Positions 10,144-21,900 of a stretch of 64,000 nt of DNA are shown in pieces. The position numbers and the translations under genes were made by a program. How positions within the stretch are numbered: position 1 is the stretch's first letter; each line of letters starts with the position of its first letter. The notes beneath the pieces were generated by a model. That model was not told where the DNA came from and made no database searches. It worked only from the letters and a program-made list of their open reading frames with translations. The stretch is from an uncultured virus (IMG/VR IMGVR_UViG_3300032326_001218) (taxonomy: Duplodnaviria > Heunggongvirae > Uroviricota > Caudoviricetes), in IMG/VR virus record IMGVR_UViG_3300032326_001218; one strand, written 5' to 3'.

Positions 10144-11673
10144 ATGTTTGAAAGTAAAATAAATAGAGGAAGGGCAAATGGATACGCTCCGTTAGATGGT
10201 AGTGGTAAAGTTCCATTGGATAAATTACCACCAATCCAATCAACAATTAATACCGGTTCGTTTGCAACAACTGGTTCTAATACTTTTACTGGAACTCAAA
10301 CAATAAGTGGTAGTGGAGATACCTTATTTACAATAGGAGCATCAAATAGTTTTGGAGGTAATTCGTTTGATTTGAGGGCAACTGGTTCTGAAGGTTCTAC
10401 AATCAATATGACATCCAACGCAATTTCTCAATTTGGAGCTTTCGCCGATATTAATGATTATAGTGGAGATGCATCGGTATTTTCAAATTCAGTAATTGGA
10501 GGTCCTGTTTCAGATGGACCTATTGCAGGAATAGCAGTACAAAAATCAGGTTCATTCCAATCTGCTTGGTTATTTGGTTATGATGGTAAAAGTGCTTTTC
10601 CTGGTGATATTAATATTGGATACGAGCAATTTGGTACTGGTAAAATTTATTCTGGTTCACTAAACATAACTAATGGTGATATTAATTTAACTGGTTCTTT
10701 ACTAATGACTGGTTCTATTACATTAAATGGAGTAACTTATACAAGTTTGACAGGAAATGGTGGAACATCAGGTGAAAGTGGTACGAGTGGAGTAGATGGT
10801 ACATCTGGAACTTCTGGTGAAAGTGGCACATCCGGCGAAAGTGGTACAAATGGAACTTCCGGTACATCTATATTGTTGGACTCTACTTTAACATTTGAAG
10901 GTAATATAATTTCAGGTAGTAGTGTTCCGCAAACTGGTACACAAATAACAATTGCACAAGACTACTATGGTGGTACTGCTTTGAATTCTACTGGATTAAT
11001 TGTAGCTGATAATGCAGAAAGTAGTGGAGTACAAAATGGATGGATAATTAGATTTTATGATGGTACAATAAGGACAGTAACTGGTAATTTTGTCCCATCT
11101 GGACAACCTTTTAGAACTATTGCATTTGGTTCATCTGTATCGCTTAATCCAGGGTATCCTTTGACTATAGAAAGTCCAGATTACCAACTTGGTTCAGAAG
11201 CTTTTGTAGAACTTAAAGTGGGTGAACATAGTATAGTATTAGGTGATGATGGTATCCTAAAATTAAATAATGGATTAGGTGAAATATATGCAGATGCTGC
11301 CAATGGTTCGGTTAGAATTGGAACTGCAGCTGAAAATGTAGCACCAAACTCACAAATTATACTTGGTGTAGGAAATGAGGTATTAAAAATCAAAGCTGGA
11401 CCTCCTTTAAGAGAATGGACTTTTGGAGAAAATGGTAATTTTAATTTAACTGGTAGTATAAATGGTGCTCGTAACTTACCAACAACCGGTTCAAACACTT
11501 TTATTGGAAATCAAACTATAACGGGTTCATTAAGTATAAGTGGTAGTGGTAGTTTGAATGGCGGTAATATAGTATCATCAAATAGTGTTATGAAAATGGA
11601 AACTATATCATCAGCATCCTACGCAGCACTTAATCCACCTGTTAGTGGAACTCTTTACATAATAATAGGATAA
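10144..11673 (+). CDS. Fibre-like virion protein
   Basis: RGRANGYAPLDGSGKVP N-terminus, two TTGSNTF motifs, a short G-T-S tract and a C-terminal YAAL-P-SGTLYII motif common at phage fibre ends. Confidence 0.65.
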   Translation: MFESKINRGRANGYAPLDGSGKVPLDKLPPIQSTINTGSFATTGSNTFTGTQTISGSGDTLFTIGASNSFGGNSFDLRATGSEGSTINMTSNAISQFGAFADINDYSGDASVFSNSVIGGPVSDGPIAGIAVQKSGSFQSAWLFGYDGKSAFPGDINIGYEQFGTGKIYSGSLNITNGDINLTGSLLMTGSITLNGVTYTSLTGNGGTSGESGTSGVDGTSGTSGESGTSGESGTNGTSGTSILLDSTLTFEGNIISGSSVPQTGTQITIAQDYYGGTALNSTGLIVADNAESSGVQNGWIIRFYDGTIRTVTGNFVPSGQPFRTIAFGSSVSLNPGYPLTIESPDYQLGSEAFVELKVGEHSIVLGDDGILKLNNGLGEIYADAANGSVRIGTAAENVAPNSQIILGVGNEVLKIKAGPPLREWTFGENGNFNLTGSINGARNLPTTGSNTFIGNQTITGSLSISGSGSLNGGNIVSSNSVMKMETISSASYAALNPPVSGTLYIIIG

Positions 11674-11676
11674 GTT

Positions 11677-12462
11677 ATGCCAGTATTTGGAAATGCAACT
11701 GATATAAAATTTAATGGAATATCCGCAACAAAAGCATACTTAAATAACAATATTGTATGGACACCACCAACTCCATCTTTTGCAGGTGTGACAAATGGGT
11801 TAGTATTTAATTTACAAACTGCACCCTCATCTGGAACAATTTGGACAGATAGTAGTGGAAATGGATATAATGCAATCATATCAGGCTCGGCAACTTATGT
11901 ATCCAATAATGGTGGTGGTATAAAACTAAATAATTCACTTCAAAATGGTGGTGGAAATGATTTTATTAGTGTTCCTTATAATATTAGTTCAAATACTGTA
12001 ACTGTTGAAATTGTAGCATCTTTTAATCCAACTTCATTTTGGGGAACTATATGGGCCAATGAGGCATATAGTTTTAGTAGAGGATATTTTGCATATATGG
12101 CAACTTCAACTGGTATAACATGGGGTTCACCTACAACGAATGTAACAACTGCAACTATAACTGCTTCAAATGCCATAAGACATTGGACATTTGTAATAAA
12201 TGGTACAAGTAAAATTTTATATTTGAATGGCAGCCAATTTGCAACGGCAACCACTAATAACCCAAATGGTGGATATGCAACATCTGAATTCCTTTTTGGT
12301 GCAAGACATACGAATATAGGAACTGGTGCGGTTGATAAAATGAATAGTAGTATTTCTGCAAATCAACCTGTGTTTTATCAAATGAGAGTTTATAATAGAG
12401 CATTATCGGCAGAAGAAGTAACAACAAATTATAACGTAGTAAAACCAATATACGGAATATAA
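11677..12462 (+). CDS. LamG/concanavalin-A-like lectin domain protein (candidate fibre-tip adhesin)
   Basis: WTDSSGNGYNA...TVEIVA...HWTFVING...LYLNG...MRVYNRALSAEEV pattern of LamG-like domains. Confidence 0.8.
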   Translation: MPVFGNATDIKFNGISATKAYLNNNIVWTPPTPSFAGVTNGLVFNLQTAPSSGTIWTDSSGNGYNAIISGSATYVSNNGGGIKLNNSLQNGGGNDFISVPYNISSNTVTVEIVASFNPTSFWGTIWANEAYSFSRGYFAYMATSTGITWGSPTTNVTTATITASNAIRHWTFVINGTSKILYLNGSQFATATTNNPNGGYATSEFLFGARHTNIGTGAVDKMNSSISANQPVFYQMRVYNRALSAEEVTTNYNVVKPIYGI

Positions 12463-12493
12463 TTCTTTCCAAACACTATTCTTTTTGTTTCTA

Positions 12494-12501
12494 ATATTTA
12501 T
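12494..12501 (+). promoter_or_regulatory. ATATTTAT putative late-promoter motif
   Basis: 27 nt before ATG 12529. Confidence 0.65.
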
Positions 12502-12528
12502 AGGTAACGTTTAAAATAAGTACTTATA

Positions 12529-13695
12529 ATGGCATTAGAAACATTAATATATCCTGGCTCATCTTCGTTTTTCCCAGGGCAAACCCCTTTTGGAATATAT
12601 GATAATGATTATGAGTTCCAAGAAGAAGCTCCAAAGGTAGCACTGTGGTGTGCTAGAAGATTGGGGTATCCTATTCAAAATATAGAACTTTTGGATGAAA
12701 ATTTTTACGCTTGTTTGGAAGAAGCCGTATCGGAATATGGTGCGCAAGTAAATCAATTCAATATTCGTAATAATTTAGATACTTTAAGAGGAAAATCTAA
12801 AAGCACAAATCTTTCAAGTAAATTAGTTCAGGGTTCAAATCTACCAACTTTAATTGGTATTTCTGATGCGTATGGTACATTGGCTGGTGTTGGTGGAAAT
12901 ACCGATATTAAGAAGGGATATATAGAATTACAGGCCGGACAACAAGAATATGATTTAGATACTCTTTGGAGTGCGGTTTCTGAAAGTGGAAAGCGTATTG
13001 AAATTGTTAAAGTATTTCACGACCCGGTACCTGCAATTAATAGATTCTTTGACCCATATTCGGTAAGTGGACAAGGTACGTTAAACCTTATTGATGAATT
13101 TGGATTTGGTTCTTACTCTCCAGCAGCACAATTTATATTAATGCCAATATTTGAAGATATGTTGAGAATTCAAGCAATTGAATTTAATGACCAATTCAGA
13201 AAATCGGCATTTACTTTTAATATTGTAAATGGTAAAATTAGAGTATTCCCAAGACCAACTACACAGCATATTAATCTTTATGGAAAATTGCATTTTGATT
13301 ATTTTGTAAGAGATGAATTTGTGACCAACTCTACAAACGTAACACCGGATGTGATTTCCGATTATTCTGATATTCCTTATGATTTTATGGAATATGGTGG
13401 AATTAATGATGTGGGTAAACAATGGATTAGAAAATATACACTTGCATTGGTAAAAGAAATGTTAGGTGCTGTGAGAGAAAAATATTCACAAATTCCAATA
13501 CCTGGAGCAGAAATTCAATTGGATGGAGCTGCATTAAGAAGTGAAGCCCAAACCGAAAAAGAATCTCTTATGACACAATTGAGAGAAACTTTGGAAGAAT
13601 TAAGTAGAACAAAGCAGTTTGAAAACCGAAACACAGAAGCTACCGCACATCAAGAAATGTTACGAAAAGTACCTTTAGCAATTTATATAGGTTAA
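12529..13695 (+). CDS. gp13: Neck protein / head-tail adaptor, T4 gp13-like
   Basis: RRLGYPIQNIEL near the N-terminus and WIRKYTLALVKEMLG-VR-KY--IP-PG--I-LDG--L--EA near the C-terminus; position before gp14- and gp15-like genes. Confidence 0.85.
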   Translation: MALETLIYPGSSSFFPGQTPFGIYDNDYEFQEEAPKVALWCARRLGYPIQNIELLDENFYACLEEAVSEYGAQVNQFNIRNNLDTLRGKSKSTNLSSKLVQGSNLPTLIGISDAYGTLAGVGGNTDIKKGYIELQAGQQEYDLDTLWSAVSESGKRIEIVKVFHDPVPAINRFFDPYSVSGQGTLNLIDEFGFGSYSPAAQFILMPIFEDMLRIQAIEFNDQFRKSAFTFNIVNGKIRVFPRPTTQHINLYGKLHFDYFVRDEFVTNSTNVTPDVISDYSDIPYDFMEYGGINDVGKQWIRKYTLALVKEMLGAVREKYSQIPIPGAEIQLDGAALRSEAQTEKESLMTQLRETLEELSRTKQFENRNTEATAHQEMLRKVPLAIYIG

Positions 13696-13699
13696 TATT

Positions 13700-14155
13700 A
13701 TGGCGAGATTTGCATTATCAAGAGATATAAGGTTCTTTGAGAGCATAGCCAGAGAATTGGTTGATGTTGTTGTTGAAACCAGTGTAGTTTTATACAAACT
13801 AATCATAGAAGATAGTAAAACTAATTTATACGGAGAATCGTTAAATAAAACATACTATCAAGGATTAGAGTGTACTGCTATGATTGAAAGGGAATCTTCT
13901 ACAAGTGATTATGAAGGATTCGGACCAGATAAAAATCAATTAGTAGAATTTCGTTTTAACCGATTTACTTTAGAGGATAAGGGATTTTATCCTGAAGTTG
14001 GTGATATCATTTTTCATAATAATGGATATTTTGAAATTGATAATATAAGAGAAGACCAATTAATTGGTGGACAAGTTGAAAATAAATTTTCAATTATATG
14101 TTCTACATTTATGACTAGAAGAAGTACGATACAAACTGAAATGAGAATTGTATAA
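13700..14155 (+). CDS. gp14: Head closure / neck protein, T4 gp14-like
   Basis: NLYGES...GFG...PEVGDII...FEI motifs and synteny after gp13. Confidence 0.75.
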   Translation: MARFALSRDIRFFESIARELVDVVVETSVVLYKLIIEDSKTNLYGESLNKTYYQGLECTAMIERESSTSDYEGFGPDKNQLVEFRFNRFTLEDKGFYPEVGDIIFHNNGYFEIDNIREDQLIGGQVENKFSIICSTFMTRRSTIQTEMRIV

Positions 14156-15213
14156 TGGAAAAAAGAGAAACAAATAGGGCCAAACAATTATCAATAGATA
14201 AACAATTCCAAAAAGGAGTTAAGATTATAGATGTTGATTCTGCAATAGCTGATTATATGTCTAAAGTTATTATTCCAAATTTAGAAGAAAACGGAAATTT
14301 ATTAAAAGTTCCTTTAATTTATGGTAATGCGGAAAGATGGGAAGGAGCAAGAAAGCAAGGGTATTTAAGAGATGCGAGAGGCAGAATTCAAATCCCAATG
14401 ATAATGTTCAGAAGAAGTAGTATTCAAAAAAATGAATCTATGCCAGTTTTCAAAGAGGCAGGAACAATACAATATGCTAAAAAATATTCTGCAAAAAATA
14501 GATATGATAGATTTTCAATAATGACCGGTGCTCAACCTGTTTATGAAATTTATAGTGTATCAATTCCATCATATGTAACTATACAATATGAAATGGTAAT
14601 TTGGACATCTTTTACCGAACATATGAACGTATTAGTTGAAGCATTTCAAAATCAAAGTGAAAGGTATTGGGGAATGGAAGATGGTTTTAAATTTAAAAGT
14701 TCAATTAGTTCTTTTGAAACTTCACAAGAAGTTGCACAAGGAGCTGAAAGAGTTATTAGAACTTCATTTACTACAACTGTAAACGCATATCTTTTACCTG
14801 AAATTGTTGATAACAAACCAACTATGAATAAATCATTCAGTCCAAAAAGAGTTGTTTGGGGAGTTGAAACAGACCTTTCTGGAGGAAAATTTGCAGGATT
14901 GAATGTGTACCAAGAATATGCAGATGTTGTAAATTTTATTGCAATACGAGGACATCAAGAAGCAGTCTTTGTTAATTCTACAACTGCTAAATTAATAAAT
15001 GTAAAACAACCAGTTTTACCAAATGAGTTGATTGGTGTATTTGATGTAAATAACTGGTTTAGGGTTTATCTAAATGGTGATTTTATATCTCCAACATATT
15101 ATACATATGTTTATGATGGTAATGCTAAAGAAATTACATTTACATTTACTTTATCATATCCAATAGAAGTTACCGATGAAATTTTAATAACTGGTAAATT
15201 CCAAGAGCTATGA
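14155..15213 (+). CDS. gp15: Tail terminator / sheath stabiliser, T4 gp15-like, with an extra C-terminal domain
   Basis: KVPLIYGNAERW...RIQIPMI...P-YVTIQYEM-IWT gp15-like motifs and synteny. Confidence 0.75.
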   Translation: MEKRETNRAKQLSIDKQFQKGVKIIDVDSAIADYMSKVIIPNLEENGNLLKVPLIYGNAERWEGARKQGYLRDARGRIQIPMIMFRRSSIQKNESMPVFKEAGTIQYAKKYSAKNRYDRFSIMTGAQPVYEIYSVSIPSYVTIQYEMVIWTSFTEHMNVLVEAFQNQSERYWGMEDGFKFKSSISSFETSQEVAQGAERVIRTSFTTTVNAYLLPEIVDNKPTMNKSFSPKRVVWGVETDLSGGKFAGLNVYQEYADVVNFIAIRGHQEAVFVNSTTAKLINVKQPVLPNELIGVFDVNNWFRVYLNGDFISPTYYTYVYDGNAKEITFTFTLSYPIEVTDEILITGKFQEL

Positions 15214-15566
15214 ACATAAAATTATTAAAAAATATAATGAAAGAAGTAAATGAGCCAAATGAATATGAATTTTTTTCATATGATTTGTCACATCCTTACT
15301 ATTGGATTTATAAACTTGATAATGTTAGGGTTAAAACTTTATATGAACCACTTACCAAGTTTAGAAAAACAACCGCAAGATATGATATTTTTATAAATGG
15401 TTTATTTATTAGAGAAGCGGATTATATTTTAGAACCAGAGGGAAATGGATTATTTTTAAAATTTATCAGAAGTCAGTTTCCAGAATTTGACCGTTTTGGA
15501 AATCCATATGCGTTAATTGAATCGGATGAAGTAAAAATAACAGGTGATGTAGAAATTATTAAATAA
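15210..15566 (+). CDS. Small structural protein resembling the gp15 C-terminal extension
   Basis: YDIFINGLFI...DY...F...DEVKITG matches FRVYLNGDFI...YY...F...DEILITGK in the preceding gene; ATGA overlap. Confidence 0.6.
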   Translation: MNIKLLKNIMKEVNEPNEYEFFSYDLSHPYYWIYKLDNVRVKTLYEPLTKFRKTTARYDIFINGLFIREADYILEPEGNGLFLKFIRSQFPEFDRFGNPYALIESDEVKITGDVEIIK

Positions 15567-15952
15567 TGGCGAGAAAAGTACCAAATATCAACAAATCAAA
15601 TATTCTTCAAAAAAGAGATAGATTGGCATTTAAACAATTTGTTTTAGATGTTAATATTGATACATTCATATATTCATTTAGTCCGGATTATATAAATTTA
15701 GATGAAAGTGGACAACTATTTACATTATATCTTTTAGATAAAAAGTTTAATATAGATATTTTAGAAATAGATAGTGTGAAAGATTATATTGATGTATATT
15801 TATTTGGAGTAAAGCAACCTCAAGATAGATATGAAATTCGTGTAGATGAAAATAATATAGAGGTTACATTTATTGTTCCTATAACATTAGCTCCTGCTTC
15901 CGTTGTGGCAACTGATTTTGAAATAAAAGGTAAAATATCTGATATACTATAA
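15566..15952 (+). CDS. Small structural protein of the same domain family
   Basis: IDVYLFGVKQ...RY...VTF...DFEIKGK; translationally coupled through TAATG overlaps. Confidence 0.55.
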   Translation: MARKVPNINKSNILQKRDRLAFKQFVLDVNIDTFIYSFSPDYINLDESGQLFTLYLLDKKFNIDILEIDSVKDYIDVYLFGVKQPQDRYEIRVDENNIEVTFIVPITLAPASVVATDFEIKGKISDIL

Positions 15953-18900
15953 TGGCAAGACTGATACCACGTAAACAAATTGAAGAACAACAGGATATAA
16001 GTAGTTCACTTAACATTAGACAAAACGTTAATGTTGGAAACGATGCCATTATATCTGGCTCATTATTCGTATCTAAAAGTTTCTTTTTAGGAACGGAAAC
16101 GGGCTCTAAAAGTGAAATAACTGGTTCGGTTTTTTTAACTGGCTCATTAACAATTGATGGACAATTAAAAGTTGCAGCACCTGAAACCGTTCTTGCGGTA
16201 ACCGCATCAAACACTTTATTAGCGGTTGATACTCAACGATATGCTGGTATTCTTGCAAAAGATTTTGGTGCTAACGTACCAACACTTTATGTATCTTCAA
16301 CTGATGGGGATGATACAAACGATGGTAGAAGTATTCAATATCCACTTCGTACAATTAAAAGAGCGGCTTCATTGGCATCTCCGGGGTATGATGGTAGATA
16401 TGGATTTGATACTGGTTCAATATTCAATGGATATGTAATCAAGGTACAGGCTGGAACGTATTTAGAGGATAATCCTGTGATTCTTCCTAAAAACACAACC
16501 ATTTGGGGTGCCGGTTTGCGTATCACCAAGATTAACGCGAAAAACCCCACAGAAGACCTTTTCTATGTAAACTCTGGATGTTATATTGCGGAAGTAACAA
16601 TGGGTGGTTTGAGATTATATCCAGACCAAATAAATCCTGAAAAAGGATTTGCGGTTGCTTTCCAACCTGGTGCATTTATTACAACTTCACCATACGTTCA
16701 GAACTGTTCTCAAATTTCAAATCAAGAGAATTCATTCACCGAACTTTATGAAGATATCCCACCAGGCGGCGGAGGTCTTTACGTTAATGGTGATGTGATA
16801 GATCCAGATTCTCCACTAGCTTCAATGGTATTGGATGCTTATACTCAAATTTCTCCAAATGGTGTGGGATGTTTGGTAAATGGTAGAGGTTTCATTCAGT
16901 TGGTATCTTTCTTTAATAACTTCTCATATTATTCTATTAGAGTAAATAATGGTGGACATGCTACCCTAAACAACTCAAACATTTCGTTTGGTTTATATGG
17001 TATGTATGCATCCGGTTCTCGTTTTATTTCTGGTAGTGGTGGTAATATTGCTGCTAGAGATTCTGTTAGAGGAACTTGGAGTTGTGTTGTTGATGTATTG
17101 AATAAAGGATTGGAAAACGGATTACCTACAATAACAAAATTAAATACTGATGAAGGTATTCGTTTAACTTCTCCGGCATTATACACACAAAGTAGAGTAT
17201 CTGCTGGAACTTCATTATCAACTGCTGCAGCGGAAGAAATATCGGCTGATTATAAATTAATAAGTGCAATTGTTGACAGTGGGGTATCAAACTTTCCAAC
17301 TTTATTGGCAAAGAGTTCTATAAAAGGATATGGATTTGATTCTCCTTATAATATTTTAGGAGCAGAGCAAATAACATCATCTATATCAGCATCAAATGCG
17401 GATTTAGTTCAAATAAGTGCATCTTATGCCGCTATTTTGAGTATATTGGCAAATGGTACGGGTTCGTTTAATTTTAGACCAAACACAAGTGCAAGTAGAC
17501 AAATAGGTAATGATGTTATACAACCAATAGGGAGTGTAGCAACAAACTATACTTCATCGGTAAGTGCATCGTTTAACAATATAATTAATATTATTAAATC
17601 AGGCCTTTCTGCTAAACCAACGTTTATCTCAAATACAAGTGCTAGTATTAAAGCTGGTAATACCGAACAAGTAATGCTTGGTGTGACATCATCATTAGCA
17701 ACAATAAATTCGGTAAGTGCTAGTTTTAGTATTGTTTATAACATTTTAGCAAATGGTACCGGTAGTAATATTTTACCAATACCAAACAATCATCAAAAAT
17801 CATTTGTAATAACAAACACAAATAGTTCTTCATTTGATTTTGAAGGAATTGGTAGTAATCCTACATTAACTTTATTTAGAGGAGAAACCTACAAATTCAA
17901 CGTAGATGCAATAGAAACATTTGGTGGAATTGAATATCCATTTTGGATTAGAACACAGCAGATAGAAGGTATTAGTGAGAAATTTGATTATAATATTGGT
18001 ATGGTTAATAATGGTGATAGTAGGGGAACAATAACCTTTACAGTACCATATAATGCACCAAATAAATTATATTATGTATCACAGAATAGAAGTTCTATGG
18101 GTGGTGAAATTAACATAGTAAATTCATCTACAACCCCATTTGAATTAATTAGAAATACATTAACATATCCAGCCACAATACAAAGTGGTTCAATAGCTAA
18201 AACTGCTATTGATATCATAACTGCATACGAAATATTAGTAAATAATAAAGAATTTATTAAAGATGAAGTTATTCAATTTGTATCTTCTTCTTGGAGTGAA
18301 TTTTACTATCCAGAAGAAACTTGTAAAAGAGATGTTGGATATATTATTGATGGTGTAGCAAAAGACCTACTTTTTGGGGGTAATGAAGAAAGTATTAGAA
18401 ATGGTTTATTTTATTATCAATTTCCATCCGAAGCAACTACAACACAATTAGGACCAACATTAACTGCAGTTAAGCACGCAGCGGGTGTTGCATTAAATTT
18501 GATTAGAGGTAGAGTATATGTAGAACCAAACAATGAAGTAATTGATGTTTGGGATACAATCAGGGATAATAGAACATTTATACAAAATGAAGTTATAACT
18601 TATCTATCATCATCTTGGTCTAATTTTTATTACAACGAAGTAAAATGTAGACGTGATACTGGTTATATATTAGATGCTGTAGCAACTGATGTAAAATACG
18701 GTGGTAATGAAAGAGGTATAACTGCCGGTGAATACTATTATTTATATCCTTCATTAGCAATTGTACAAGGAGATGGAGATGGTGTTGGGCAATTAGGACA
18801 AACTGTGGATGGTATAAGATATGCTAGTGGATTAGTTGATAATCTATTAAAAGGAAAAACATTTACATCACCTAATGCATCAACTTTATCTGCATATAAT

Positions 18901-21900
18901 AATTTAATTAATAATAAAGAATTAATTCAAAACGAAACAATCCAATTTATTAATGTTGCATTTCCAAATTTAAAATATAATCAAGCAACTTGTAGGAGAG
19001 ATGTTGGTTATATCGTTGATAATGTGGCAACGGATTTACTATATGGTGGTCTTGAACGAGGTGTAATTGCGGGTAGATATTATTATGATTTCCCATCACA
19101 GGCTACAAGAACACAAAAATCATCAACTATTGCGGGTATTCGTTATGCAAAAATTATTGGAGATACTATTGTTCAAAATCAAATATTAGATACACCTCGT
19201 ATTGTTTATAATGATGAGAGAAACTTCAGATTATCCGGACTAACAAATATAACATCATCTTTTGGTGGTGGTACGATTGAACAAACTTCGGTTGGTAATT
19301 CATTTTCAATTATAGAAGGAATTGTGGCAAGAGGATTGGGTTCAATTAAATCACTATTGGCACAGAATACTGGATTAAATTGGAATAAGTACAATCCAAT
19401 AAATGTAACTACCGGTTCTCAAATAACCTCATCTTATACAACACCGGATGAAGTAGATAAAATTGGTAAGAGCTTTGATATTGTAAATACAATTATTGGT
19501 GGTGGATTAGCAGCAGAGCCTTTATTCACATCGTCTCAAGCAAATGCAATTGCCGTAACAGGTACACCGCAAATAACAGCTTCATTAGCAGTTAGTGGCT
19601 CGGTTACATCATCTATATCGGCATCAATTGCGTATGTAGCAACTATAATAACAAACGGTACTGGTTCATTAGGTGCGTTGGTTTCAAATCTAAATTCAAA
19701 TGTAAAAGTAACCAATACACCACAATACATAACTGGTTCTGGCTATTATGGAACATCTACTGAAAGTACACAATTAAGTTCTTCAATAAAAATAATCACC
19801 GATATATTAGAAGGTGGATTATCTTTTGTACCTACTCTTATATCAAATGTAAGTGCAAGTATTAAAGTAACAAATGTACCACAATATATTTCTTCATCTT
19901 ATTCGGCAAGTGTAAATGATGTAAACTTTATATCATCATCAATATCAATAGTAACAAAGATAATTGAAGGTGGAGAGTTCTCAGCACCTACATTCCAACC
20001 ATATACAAATAGAATAACATCATCTAATAGTGTAGCAGCTTATGAAATACTTAAAAACAATATTCCATTTATACAAAATGAAACTATTGCTTATTTAAGT
20101 TCTTCTTGGGCTGGATTTGAATATGATGAAACTAAATGTAGACGTGATTTAGGATTTATATTGAGCGGTTCCGCAGAAGATTTAATATGGAATGCAAATT
20201 CGGCATCTATATTTAACGGATTATTTTATTGGGAATTCCCATCACAAGCGCAAGGAGCTCAACTACAACAAACATTAGATGGTATCAACTACGCAAGTAG
20301 ATTAGCACAAAAGGTAATTCAAAATATAGAATTCACTGCGGTAGGAAATGATGCGTTGAACGCGGCAACCTTATTGGTAAATAACAAAACATTCATACAA
20401 GATGAAACAATCGCGTATTTAAGTTCTTCTTGGAGTGAGCATCCATATAACGAAACAACTTGTAAAAGAGATGTTGGGCATATAATAGATGCAATTAGAA
20501 CTGACTTAGTTTATGGTGGTAATGAAAGAAGTAGAAACGCTGGAGTATTCTATTATCTATATCCATCTGAAGCAACTGGTTCACAATTACTTCCAACGTT
20601 AGATGGTATCAACTATGCGGGTAGAATGATACAAAAGATTGTTACTGGTTCGGTATTCGTTTCGGCAGATGGAAATAAAGTAAATGCAAGTAATTTAATA
20701 TTAAGAAACAAAAACTTAATTGCAAACGAAGTAGTTGCTTATGTAAGTTCTTCTTGGAGTGAAGCAGAATACAATCAGGCTAAATGTTTAAGAGATACTA
20801 AATATATTTTAGATGCTGTAAGAACTGACTTGGTATATGGTGGTAACGAAAGAACTAGATTTGCAGGAGAATACTATTATAGATATCCATCAGCAGCAAT
20901 TGTAGGTGGAGTACCTTCGGCAACACAACAATTAGACCCAACTATAACCGGTGTAAATTACGCAAATCAATTAGTACAAAATATAATTAAGAATGTTGTA
21001 TTATCTGCACCATCTACATCAGTATTAAATGCGGCAAGTTTATTAAAAACTAATAGAGCATTTTTACAACAAAATACCGTTGATTACGCAAATGAAACGT
21101 ATCCTAATTTAGATTATATTGAAAGTAAATGTTATAGAGATGCTGGATTTATTGTAGATGCTGTAATTACTGATTTGGTTTATGGTGGCAATGAAAGAAG
21201 TATAACTGCCGGACGATTCTATTATTTATATCCATCTCAAGCTACCGGAGTTCAATCCGAAGAAACAATTGATTCACTAAACTTCACAAAAGGTTTAGCA
21301 AAATTAGTAGCAATTGGTGGAAAAGAAATAGAAGATGGTTTTGATATTGTATCTAAAGTAATTGAAAGTGGAAGTAATACAGCACCTAACGTAGTATTAA
21401 ATACTACTGCTGGAATTAAAGCAACCAATGCTCAACAAATTACATCATCTATATTAGTAGTAGCAAACGATAAATCCATTGTATCAGCTTCATTTGGTAA
21501 TGTACTTAATATTGTATCAAACGGAACTGGTTCAATACCAACAAATATTGTTAAAAATACAAATAGAGGTGTAAATGTTTTAGGTGGTACACAAATAACA
21601 TCTTCAATAACACCGGCTAATTCCGAAAAAACAAAAGTAACTACTGGATTTGATATCGTACTTGATATTGTAGAAAATGGAACAGGTTCAATTCCAACTA
21701 TTGTAACAAATGTAAATTCTTTAATTAAACGAACTACTACAAATAGTTACATAACAACTGCATCAATATCATCTACATATCTTACATCTTCAAATAATAA
21801 TTTTGATATTGTTTTGGATATTGTTGAAAATGGAACTGGTTCTTTACCTACGTTGATAAAAAATGTTGACGGGTTAGTAAAAATAACAGATACAAATCAA

